Shown one piece after another: positions 1 through 10,820 of a DNA stretch of 64,000 bases. How positions within the stretch are numbered: position 1 is the stretch's first letter; every line of letters begins with the position of its first letter. Both the position numbers and the translations under genes were made by a program. The notes beneath the pieces are model-generated. The model searched no databases and was not told the origin of the DNA. It saw only the letters and a list, made by a program, of their open reading frames with translations. The stretch comes from Podarcis cretensis (taxonomy: Eukaryota). Location of the stretch: the NCBI GenBank assembly GCA_951804945.1, contig OX638153.1:48856001-48920000 (forward strand). The letters run 5' to 3'.

Positions 1-2249
1 CTTTCCCTTGTGCGTCTTGCAGGAGTGGCTCACCCAGAGGGGCAGAACCTCAGCAGTAGCCTCCTGGCAGTGGTGAACTGGATCCGCTGGTGCATCTGTG
101 GTGCTGCTCCAGCCTCACCGATGCCTCGCCTCTTGGTAAGAGGTAGCAAGACTGCTACTGGGAGGCTATTGCTGTGCCTCCACTGTTCTCTGGCAAACCA
201 CACCAAGTGCCTTTGCTTTTTTATGTCTGATGTCAGCACCTCTCTTGCCTTTTTCTTGATGGGAATTGCTTTGGGAGATAATTTTCATCTAAAACATGAG
301 GGGTTTGTTTTTTTGTTTGTTTATTCTGCCTGTCTTCTATTTGTACCTCACTTTTCTTCCATCATGGAATCCAAGGCAGTATACATGTGTTTTCCAGGTT
401 GTCTTTCATGCAGGCACTGAGCAGACCTGGAACTGCTTTTTTTAAGCAAGATGGTGACTTTGTGTACCATCAGACCACTCCCTGGACCAAGTGCATACCT
501 TTGATGTGGCTGGCTGCAAGCTAGTGTAGGTGACACCATGTCCTAGACTTGACAGGTGTTCATGGCACTGTTCTCAGATGCATCTGCTGATTCCTGCCAG
601 GAAACTCTCAAAGGTAAGTGATGGATGGGTGAATTGTTCTTCAGCACATTTCTGGTGATGTTCTCAAAATTTCTCTTCTGAGGATCTCTGGCCCAGGAGA
701 CTGCTTGTTCACATTCAGTATCTATTTCGTGGGACACATCTTGACCCTCCTTACAGAATCATTTGCACATCTCCCAGCTCAAATACAACATATCCTGAGT
801 TCTTTGCCAGTTAGCCTTTACAATGTAAACAAAGGCCAAAGTAAACGTGCATAGGCATGGTGTCTATGTTCTACCTCCACTATCAGAGTTGCTAGGAATC
901 ACACAAGGATGAAGATCCAATAGAAGATCCTACCAGCCACTGCAGTAACAAAATGTTGGATTCAGAGCATCGCAGAGTTGGAAGAGACCACAAGGGCCCA
1001 ACCCACTGCAGTGCAGGAATCAAAGCTAAAAAAATCCCCAACAGATGGCTAGCCAACTTCTGTTTAAAAACTTCCACAAATTCCACTAAGAAGAGTCCAT
1101 TACTTTTGAACAGCTCTTACTGTCAGAAAGTTCTTCCTTATGTTCTTATGTAAGCCTGTGCTTGAGAATCAGGGTGGGGGGGCCAAACAAGGCTGCAGAC
1201 AATTCATTACAAACGTAGATAGGAAAAGTATTTCAGATGTATTACATTTACAAAAGAATATGAAGTTTAATGAATGCTAATGATCATGGAGTGACTGAGA
1301 GGTTTTAGAAGGACTGAATAGTCTCAAACTGCACTTCCAGCCTGAGGAAAGCAGGGTCATAAGAGTTTTATGATGCCAGTGAAGGACAGAAATCATTATG
1401 GATAATAAATGGTATTAAGAGGCAGCAGGCATAAGCTACAGCCATGAATATTTAACATTTGGAGTCATCAAGGTGCTGGATTTTGTACAGAAAACAGAAG
1501 CAACATTGCCTCTGCCCTTACAAACCACAATTGGCGGAGGAGATGAGAACAACCTAGTTGGCCTGCACCAGTAATTAATTCATTTTGAATTGTCAGGGCA
1601 GAAGTAAGAGTTCAGAAGTTACTGCAGAAAGTGCAATCAGTAGAAGAATGCAAAGGAACCTAAGTGTATGCATGCTTACTTGAAAATAAGTCCCACTGCA
1701 TTCAACGATGGCTACTCCCAAGAAAGTGTCAATAGGTTTGTAATCTCGGTGACTGAACAATAAATTAGCAGATAAAAAACCAGTGCTGAGAAATCCAACG
1801 TAAAGTGCATTGGTATCGGCATGTGAAGCACATTTCATCAGGGTGCACACCCTAAACAGATATAGAAGAGGAGAGTGCTGCAATTCACATGCTTGTTTAT
1901 GGTCAGGAACAGAAATCAATCAAGTCAATGCTGACTGGCATTTGCTCATTCTTCTTTCTTTCTTTTTAAAAAATGCAAGCGATATGTTGGCCTTAAATAT
2001 CAGCTGCAGGGAATCACAAGAATGTTGCTGTGCTCTGGTACCATAGGCATTTGTTTGTCTGCTGGGGGGAAAGGATGCTGAACCAAATGGAACTTTGGTC
2101 TGACCCAGCAAGGCTATTCTTATGTTCCATGTGCATTTGCCCACCAGGGTTCATGGGCCCCAAATGTTATTCAAACAGTGACAAGTCTGTCACTGAAGAC
2201 TTGTAGGTTAGAAAGTTGCACACTGACAGAAGCTGAGATTTTCAGGATA

Positions 2250-2491
2250 CAGTGGTACCTCGGATTACAGAAGTTTCAGGTTACAGACGCTTCAGGTTAC
2301 AGACTCCGCTAACCCAGAAATAGTACCTCGGGTTAAGAACTTTGCTTCAGGATGAGAACAGAAATCGTGCTCCGGCGGCACGGCGGCAGCAGGAGGCCCC
2401 ATTAGCTAAAGTGGTGCTTCAGGTTAAGAACAGTTTCAGGTTAAGAACAGACCTCAGGAACGAATTAAGTTCTTAACCCGAGGTACCACTG
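2250..2491. mobile_element. Tc1/mariner (Tigger/pogo-like) MITE
   Basis: TIR CAGTGGTACCTCGG...CCGAGGTACCACTG; TA TSD. Confidence 0.9.
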
Positions 2492-3498
2492 TACTGACTG
2501 ACTTCTACATGTGATCAGATCACAGAATCCAGCAGTGCTGTTTCTAGACAGTTTATCTCTAAGCAGGGCTGTCTGCATTCGCTACAATGATGTTTTCAGT
2601 GCTGTTGCTTGCCTTGTATAATAATATATCTCGAGGGTTACTTCAGCAATGTTTTGCAGTCTGTTCATTAATGGTCCATCAGCATTCTCACCCACCAATC
2701 CTTTTTTCTACATGGAAAAGAACCAGAATTGTATGCTGAAACAGCTGCAGGCACCAGGTTGTAGCACTTTCAAAACAAGTTGGATTTGTGTGCGTGCATG
2801 CGCATGAATCATACACAGGGGAATATGTTTGCCTCCTTAGGCTTACCCGCATTGCAGATCTCTGAAGGAAGGCATGAGCTTAAGGTCAATGTGGGGACTG
2901 CGAAGATCCACAGAGGATCACTTCTGGAAGAATGGCCGCTAACAGAACTGACCTTTCAAGAAGACCCCAGTTCACCTCTATAGGAGCCAGGGTCGCACCA
3001 GAGTCAAGCCAGCCAAGAGAAGGGTGAGGCAGGGAACAGCTGCTCCACCTAAGACTCTTGGAGTTTAATAAACAGTCAAAAGGCATCTGCTAAAGGCCAA
3101 GGGTGACTGGCTCATGGCTTCTAAACCTTCTCTTGCCAGCAGGGAAGTACAGGGGAAATAGGCTTCCCATAACTCCAGCTGAAGCATTTTTTTAAAGTAT
3201 AAGTCTGATGTGACAGCCATGAAAAGAACGTGAGATGAGGCCCCACTAACTGCATGAATGGCATTTTGTCTGGGGTCCCTCTAGTCCAACATCCTAACAC
3301 TAGCCAAATGTGCCTCAGGAGCCCATAAACAAGCCAATAGCCCTTCCCTGTCGCTTGCCTCACTTTCAAAGCACACGTCTTCTCCTCAAGAATCACAGGA
3401 GCTGTAGTTTGTAAAGGGTGCTGGGAATGGCATTTCCATGACAGAGTAAACTATAGTTCCAAGGATTCCTTGGGGGAAGCCATAGCTGTTACAGTGAT

Positions 3499-3864
3499 GT
3501 AAAGGTAAAGGTAAAGGTACCCCTGCCCATACGGGCCAGTCTTGACAGACTCTGGGGTTGTGCGCCCATCTCACTTAAGAGGCCAGGGGCCAGCGCTGTC
3601 CGGAGACACTTCCGGGTCACGTGGCCAGCGTGACATCGCTGCTCTGGCGAGCCAGAGCCGCACACGGAAACGCCGTTTACCTTCCCGCTGGTAAGCGGTC
3701 CCTATTTATCTACTTGCACCCGGAGGTGCTTTCGAACTGCTAGGTTGGCAGGCGCTGGGACCGAGCAGCGGGAGCGCACCCCGCCGCAGGGATTCGAACC
3801 ACCGACCTTTCGATCGGCAAGTCCTAGGCGCTGAGGCTTTAACCCACAGCGCCACCTGCGTCCC
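3499..3864 (-). mobile_element. Sauria SINE, full length, young
   Basis: (ACCTTT)n tail; tRNA-like head with B box GGTTCGAATCC; direct repeat CTGTTACAGTGATGTAAAGGT at 3486-3506 and 3865-3885. Confidence 0.9.
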
Positions 3865-4646
3865 CTGTTACAGTGATGTAAAGGTGCTTAAATGTATGGT
3901 TTGGGTACTGAATCCCTCTTCAGAGGAATATTGCCTCTGAATCTCAAGGACATACCCTTTGTTAATGTGTGGGTTGCGAAAATATATGATAGCAGCTCGG
4001 GAAATGATAGTTTTTGTGATAAGAACGAAAATTCAGATGAGAATCTGCTAACGCATTTACTAAAAAGAAGAAATCGTATATGTTCTGGTAACCTTTCCTC
4101 TTCCTTATTTTTTATTGTGTATGCTAGATGTGAGTGGACTATAGATGCTTGATACTGGACTTATTTGCATTTCCAGGCAAAGGAATGAATGAAATGAGAA
4201 ATAAAACAGTAATTTAAAAAGTACAATAGGCCAGCAGTAGAGTGTGTGCTTTGCATTCAGAAGGTCCCAATTTTCTGTCTCTGTCTTATCCTCTTCCATT
4301 CTGTGTTATGGTCCCAAATCTATGATCTTGATTTGTTGTTCCCATGGCTGCTATTTTTAAAATGCAAATATGAATGCATAAATGACCAAACATTCAATGT
4401 AGTTTGGCCCTAAGATATAAGGTTGGTCATGACTCATTTCTGAGTACCTAAATCAAGTGTCAGGAATTTAGCAAACTCACAGTCTGCCAGGAATGAGTCA
4501 TGACCAACCTTGGGGTGGTATGCTCTCCATCCCCTCTCTTCCTCACTAAACTCATCATAAAAAAGAGGCCAAGAGACAGAGTTTTGCATAAAATTTGCAT
4601 GTGCTAATTTATATGTATAAATGCAAAATTAGAAACAATGACTGTA

Positions 4647-4865
4647 CAGTGGTACCTCGGGTTAAGTACTTAATTCATTCTGGAGGTCCGTTCTGAAGCA
4701 CCACTTTAGCTAATGGGGCCTCCTGCTGCTGCCACGCCGCAAGAGCACAATTGCTGTTCTCATCCTGAAGCAAAGTTCTTAACCCGAGGTACTATTTCTG
4801 GGTTAGCGAAGTCTGTAACCTGAAGCGTATGTAACCTGAAGTGTATGTAGCCTGAGGTACCACTG
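4647..4865. mobile_element. Same MITE family, opposite orientation
   Basis: TIR CAGTGGTACCTC; TA TSD; internal sequence is the reverse complement of 2250-2491. Confidence 0.9.
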
Positions 4866-5157
4866 TAGTATAAATATAATACATCTCACCACAGTGGGGA
4901 AGACTGAAGACTGAAGAAGGCATACCACTTCCTACTCAGTTTGCCATTCATGTATTCACTGTTGATGGTCAACTTCTTGGTCCGTGCTCTTCCTTCTTAG
5001 GTTTATCCTTAACCTGAGATTGGTTTAGACAGTCCTTCAAATAGAAGCCACCTTCAAATAAAGGACACTCCCCTAACAACCCTTCAAATAGAAGATAGTC
5101 TTCTGTTACATGGAACAAATGGTCAGTCAATTCTTCATATGCAAGAGGAGTAGAGTT

Positions 5158-5290
5158 TTTCTTTTTTTATATAACTTTTATTAGTTTTTCAGATTTTACC
5201 AATTCTTTTAAATAATCTTCAGAACATATATCTCTTCTCCGTTGACTTCCCATCCACCCTTCCATGGTTTAATTTTTTTCCTTATAAAGT
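5158..5290 (-). mobile_element. Short L1-type 3' end
   Basis: A tail, AATAAA, and G-rich tract followed by GGAAGTC, as in the other L1-type tails. Confidence 0.55.
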
Positions 5291-5876
5291 CACTTTCTAA
5301 CAAACCACAGTTTTGCTTTGCATTCAACCTTGGGGAACTGTGGACTGTTGTGACCAAAGTTAGTTAATGCCAACAAGGATCAAACCACTGATTTAGTTTC
5401 AAGTTTGCTTATGTAGATGTGATGTCATCATAGGGTCATTCAATATGAAAAAAAAACCAGTTTTGTTGACACAATGGAACACACTCACACTCTGAAATGC
5501 TTTGAACAACATATCCCACCCTCCAGTCAGTGCTTTCTCCTAATGAAACCAAATGGTTTTGTTCCCACTTGAAAAACAAGCACCTCTGGCATTTCTTTTA
5601 GTTGGAATACATTGTTTTGTTACTCCTGAAAAGTTGGAATGCTTTTAAGAGAAATTGTATAACAGCTAAACACCAAAAGTATCACATTGATTCATCACAA
5701 AACATACCATTATTATCTGTCAATCCTCCCCCCCCCCATAATCTCATCAGTTCATTTCAGCAAAAATTGACTGATAATAAGGACACGCTAGGCTATGTGA
5801 TCGTTAAAAGGCAGATGTAATGAAGGTGTGTATAGTTTGCTGATGGATTTATTTATATAGCTGGAGCCAGTCAAAG

Positions 5877-6108
5877 CCATAGCGGAGCAAGGTGGGTACG
5901 GTGGATGCGGTTTGCCCCAGGTTTGATCCCTGAGGGGGGTGACATTGCCACAGGTGGCGCCCCCCGGACTCTCCCCGTCACCGCCACACTCCCCTGGGAT
6001 GCGTGCCAATGCAGGCTCATCCCCATGGGTGGCTAGCCCCGCCCCTGCGGATGGCTAGCCAGGCCCCCGCAGCCTCTCTGGGTGCCGGAGCAGCTAGCTC
6101 CACCTCTG
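5877..6108. mobile_element. hAT-type MITE related to 49977-50338
   Basis: Degenerate TIR (gcggagc...gctccacctctg); 8-bp TSD AGTCAAAG/AGTCACAG; shared gcggtttgccccagg segment. Confidence 0.65.
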
Positions 6109-6524
6109 AGTCACAGAGTGTGTGAAGATCATTCTTAAAGTAAGCCAGTAGTTTCATTTTTTGTAAATAGCCTGAATTCAGCATAGATTGATCAAATCAC
6201 CCCCATCAGCTTTTAGTATCCATTTTTAGGTGAACAGGGTAGTTTGCAGCTCTACATTATTTGTTTAGGCTACTGGTGGGGAACCCATTGTTAGTTTCTG
6301 TTTGCCACTGTGCAGCTGCTTAGAGTCACAGGACTCTGTTTACATTCCACACATTCCATACTGTTGAAAGTCTCACGGAGACGGATGTGACGTTAGTGGT
6401 TTTCTGTTCCTTTGTTCCTTTGTTTGTTCCAGTTGCTCTCTGCTTTCATAGAGAGAGTCTGTATATTTCTTTGCTGTCTGCGTAGTAAGAAATAAAACTC
6501 TTTAGCGATGTAGCCATAAATCTC

Positions 6525-8367
6525 TCTTTTTTTTAAAGTAATTTTTATTGGGTTTTCACATTTTAAAAACACACACAGATGAAAACAAAAACAAAACATG
6601 TATAATTTCATAACCTTACTTTCTTAACCCCACTCCCTGACTTCCCCCCACCCCCCCTTCATACATCCCAAATCCAATAATTAGCTCAGCAGGTTCTTAT
6701 CTCTCTTCTTTAACATATTATTGTTATTTTTAAAATTAATTCTTATTACTTGGCCAAATTTTACTTGTCCAATTTTCTTATAAATATTAAGTCCTTTTCT
6801 AAGGTCGACCCAAATTCCCTTCCACGAATTTCCCCCTTTTTATATTGATGTAGGTCATAATAGCCAAACACAAAAGTCATAAAAGTTTTAAGATTCTGTT
6901 CTCCCCTCCCTCCCTACCCCGGTTTCTGTCCCTTCCCAAATAAATGTCCACAAAACAGTTCTTAGCCTGGATTCCTCACATCAGAGGCCTTCAAATCTCT
7001 GTCAGTCTCTCTCTGCCGGTTTTGTTGGTAGCCCTCTTTGTTGGTCCTCAGTTCTCGAAGGAGCTCTGGCACAGTCTCATCAAATTTTCTTCCATCCAAA
7101 ATACTTGGTAACAGCTGCTGCAACAAGCCAACTGATCTCCCATACTCAAAGAGGAAGCCCCAATCATATTTCTTGTTTCTTTTAAGTTCCAGTATTCCAA
7201 GTGTTCCATGGGCTTCCTCTTTCCACTTTCGCATCTTTCGCAGATTGGTAATTCCAAGATCTTCTTCTTTATGTTCTAGCAGTGTAGGCTTCAGATTGGT
7301 ACTCTCCTGTAGTTTCTTAACTCCTTCTTCCCTCTCCTCCAGTTCCAAAAAAGTCTCCTCTGGTTCAGCTGCAGATTTTGTTTCAGTCAGATCCTTTATG
7401 CATTCAGCAGGGTTGCTTGTTTTAGAGTTCAAGGTTATAAGTTGTTTGTTCATAGCCATGCTTTGCTCTTGCAGTATTCCCACGAGAAGAAACATTCTTT
7501 CTATCTCTGCCTGTAATTTTCCATCTGTAGCCATTGTAATGTTTCAAAGTTTCCCCTAGGGGGATTCTAGTTACTTAATAGTCCTTTCCCAACAATCTGT
7601 TGTTTTGTTATTTGTAACTACTTTGTTCCCAAGCACTTTAATTCAAATATAGCAAATTTAGTCCAGAGAGATGTTAAATAATAAAATTTTTTAACTTTAA
7701 CTGCCCGTTTGACAGCTCCTTTGACAGCTGTCAAACTCCTTGTTCCTTTTCCTCCAGCTCACACACAGGGGCACTCCCGGGTCGGGGGGGGGGGGGTTAG
7801 ACAAAAGCCTCTAAAGTTCAACTCTTACTCTCCAGCACAAATCTTCTTCTGTCAAATTCGTGGAATTAATGTCTTTTAACTCGTACCAAAAAAAAAAAAA
7901 AAAAAAGATCTCTCCACCTTAGTTCTCCGATCCTTGCTTTAAATCTTTTGTAAATAGAGGGGGTGCGGACTTCCCTTTAGCACATTTCCCGATTGTACCG
8001 AATTTAAAGGTAAAAATTTTAAAGTCCAAATTCCATTCTACTCACGGGTTATTTCAAGTCCAAATTTCAGGGAAAAAAGTCAGCGCTCTCCGGCCATGGC
8101 TCGCGGCTTCGCTCCACTGCAGTAGCGGTCTACTCACAGCACCACGCCACTCTCCGTACCCTCTCCGTAGCCTTTAAAAAGGCTCTTCGTGGGTCGGGGG
8201 GGTGCTTGAGGTGCCCACCGAGTCACCAAGTCTGCAGGCTTCCGCGCCTGCGGTTTCTAAGGGTCCCCGCGTCGCCGTCGCGATGAGACCCGTCTGCAGC
8301 AGAGCCGATTCCCTCCGGAGCTCGGAGGGAATCCGCCATTAGCCGATCGCGCTAACCCGGAAGTCCT
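6525..8367 (-). mobile_element. Full-length non-autonomous L1-type retroposon (HAL1-like), copy A, ~1.84 kb
   Basis: 18-bp TSD GATGTAGCCATAAATCTC at 6507-6524 and 8368-8385. CpG-rich 5' end AGGACTTCCGG...AATGGCGG; single ORF; G-rich 3' tract; AATAAA plus A tail; no ORF2. Confidence 0.85.
6962..7534 (-). CDS. 190-aa ORF of retroposon copy A, probably a shortened L1 ORF1p derivative
   Basis: Intact from ATG to TAA and homologous end to end with 43143-43787. Heptad-like N-terminus. NLK...EEDL and GFLFEYG recall the ORF1p RRM start and CTD (inference). Confidence 0.6.
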   Translation of the reverse strand: MATDGKLQAEIERMFLLVGILQEQSMAMNKQLITLNSKTSNPAECIKDLTETKSAAEPEETFLELEEREEGVKKLQESTNLKPTLLEHKEEDLGITNLRKMRKWKEEAHGTLGILELKRNKKYDWGFLFEYGRSVGLLQQLLPSILDGRKFDETVPELLRELRTNKEGYQQNRQRETDRDLKASDVRNPG

Positions 8368-8539
8368 GATGTAGCCATAAATCTCATCACTTCCATGTGC
8401 TGCTTTGATTATCTGCTGGATGGGAATGTGCCTGAGGCCTTATCAGAGGCTCAGGTCGTTAATTATTGTCGGAGGCGATTCCGAAGGCTTGGCCGGAGGA
8501 AAATGAGCTTTATCAGCTTGGCCGAGCAGAGATCCCGAC

Positions 8540-8660
8540 ACCCATGACCCTCCAGATGATGTTGGACTACAACTCCCATCATGCCTAAACATTGGCCATG
8601 ATGGCTGGGTTTCATAGGAGTTAGAGTTCAACGTCTGGAGCGCCACAGATTTCCTTCTAC
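8540..8660. repeat. Short palindromic MITE-like repeat; other copies near 20350-20490, 26945-27075, 33700-33795 and 34905-34980
   Basis: gatgttggactacaactcccatc...ggagtt.agttcaac with internal inverted symmetry. Confidence 0.6.
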
Positions 8661-8829
8661 TGGTTTAGGCCTACGGATTTTGGTAACCATGCAACTTTAT
8701 ATTTCTATTTAATTTAATTTACTGTCATCAACAAAATGTGGCCCGTTTTGTCAGCAGTTTTGACTAATGTACAATTTTTCCTAATAAAATACCATGTTTG
8801 TATGGTATTTTGCACTAATACATGGGAAA

Positions 8830-8979
8830 TTGTGGGCTCTATTTTTCTTGAGGTTTTTAAGCAGAGGTTGGACTGCCATTTGTCATGGATGCTTTAGCTG
8901 AGATCCCTGCATTGCTGGGGGTTGGACTAGATGACCCTTGGGTCTCTTCCATCTCTATGGTTCTATAATTCTATGATTC
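8830..8979 (+). mobile_element. CR1 LINE 3' end
   Basis: gggttggactagatgaccctt...ttcc followed by (ATTCTRTG)-like tail. Confidence 0.8.
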
Positions 8980-9024
8980 ATTTTTGTAAATATTGCCCTC
9001 AAAATTTGCATTTTTGTCACGAAA

Positions 9025-9569
9025 TTCAAAGAGGCCTGCTTCTTGGGAGAAAAGCAATGACAAACCTAGACAGCATCTTAAAAAGCAGAGACATCACCTT
9101 GCCAACAAAGGTCCGTATAGTTAAAGCTATGGTTTTCCCAGTAGTGATGTATGGAAGTGAGAGCTGGACCATAAAGAAGGCTGATCGCCGAAGAATTGAT
9201 GCTTTTGAATTATGGTGCTGGAGGAGACTTGAGAGTCCCATGGACTGCAAGAAGATCAAACCTATCCATTCTTAAGGAAATCAGCCCTGAGTGCTCACTG
9301 GAAGGACAGATCCTGAAGCTGAGACTCCAATACTTTGGCCACCTCATGAGGAGAGAAGACTCCCTGGAAAAGACCCTGATGTTGGGAAAGACTGAGGGCA
9401 CAAGGAGAAGGGGATGAGAGACGACGAGATGGTTGGACAGTGTTCTTGAAGCTACCAGCATGAGTCTGACCAAACTGCGGGAGGCAGTGGAAGACAGAAG
9501 TGCCTGGCGTTCTCTGGTCCATGGGGTCACGAAGAGTCGGACACGACTAAACGACTAAACAACAACAAA
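9025..9569 (+). mobile_element. BovB (RTE) LINE 3' fragment
   Basis: LLLGRKAMTNLDSILKSRDITLPTKVRIVKAMVFPVVMYG.ESWTIKKA and SLEKTLMLGK; tail gtcacgaagagtcggacacgactaaacgactaaacaacaac. Confidence 0.95.
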
Positions 9570-10354
9570 ACATTGGTTGGAAAACTGCATCACAAAATTA
9601 GGAAAAGTGCAAATATTGATGGATGGCTGTGTTCTGGTTCTCATTTTGTTTTGAAAAATGAAAATTCCATAGATTAAACTCTAAATGCAAACTGAATTGA
9701 ATTTCTCCCCATCCTTATTAAGAAACATATTTAACCATTTGCCCCCACTGCAATCAGAGCTAGACCTATCCAGATGCTTGCTATTTGCATGAGAGGAAAT
9801 CTCTCATTGGTGCCAATGGGAGGTTTCATCCCACTGGGAATAGCAGATGTTTTCGGGAAGGTCTGATTGGAGAATTGCAAACAGGACAAAGATTTAAAGC
9901 ACCCCCCTTTCCCTTTGCCAATGCCATGCCTTTTATTTAGGTTTCCCACCACCTCCATGCTGGCTCCCCACCTGTTACAGTTGCAGAACACTTAAATTCA
10001 AATCCAAAATTCCTTTTTCTTTTCCTTGTTTAAAAGAAAAAAAGACTTTTGAAAACATTTGCTTAGAAAAACCACAAATACCTCTCCTAACCTCCCTGAA
10101 TCATTGTTCAATTGTATGCCATGCTTTTAGATATAGAAGAAGAAGAAAAGCAATTTGGGTGTCAAAGTGTTTTCTTTTTAGAGTTTTGCTATTGTTAAGT
10201 GAGCCATTTGGCGGAATGTATTTAACTGGTGCTTTAATGCTCTGCTCCTTGACATTTCACTAATCTACTTGCAATCATCTCCAAGTTGTTTATTGGATTT
10301 CTAGCCTTTTGGTAGGATGTAATTATTCCATTGTGCTTCGAATATTAAAATGTA

Positions 10355-10356
<2 letters not shown>

Positions 10357-10390
<34 letters not shown>

Positions 10391-10448
10391 ATCAGACTGA
10401 AATCCAAAGTCTCTTGTTGCTGGTGTGATTCAGATTGGTGTTTAAACT

Positions 10449-10484
<36 letters not shown>
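10357..10484. repeat. (CG)n(CA)n and (CT)n microsatellites
   Basis: Directly visible. Confidence 0.95.
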
Positions 10485-10489
<5 letters not shown>

Positions 10490-10727
10490 GGGCTACAAAG
10501 CAGTGAGTGCTACCTATTGATGCCACTGGTAGGAGAATGGAGAAAAGTACATCTTATACTACATTTGGCTTCTTCTTCCTTCTCCATTGAAAAGGACACT
10601 CAGCAAAACGGGTGGAAGCACTGTGTACTGGTAATGGTGCACAGTGCTAGGAACCGTGACATGATAGGAATCTTAAGATGGCTGTGTGAACATCTTGCAA
10701 ATGAATTGGATCTGTGAATTGACTCTA

Positions 10728-10820
10728 AGGCTGTGATCCCAACCCCACCTACCTGGGAGTAAGACCCACCAAATTCAGTGGGACTTCCTTCTAAGTAGAC
10801 ATGCTTATGATTGCAGCCCT
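10728..10820. repeat. Short palindromic MITE-like repeat; other copies near 22245-22330 and 52512-52575
   Basis: AGGCTG.GATC...acctgggagtaag...GATTGCAGCCCT. Confidence 0.6.

Noticed and set aside
1-900. 136-aa ORF or possible old RTE relic at the window start
   Set aside because: The ORF starts at GTG and has no motifs; the LINE resemblance is too degraded to support.
6962-6985. C-terminal DVRNPG resembling a 2A ribosome-skipping motif
   Set aside because: Spacing does not match DxExNPGP: there is no Glu, a stop replaces the final Pro, and copy B has SPG.
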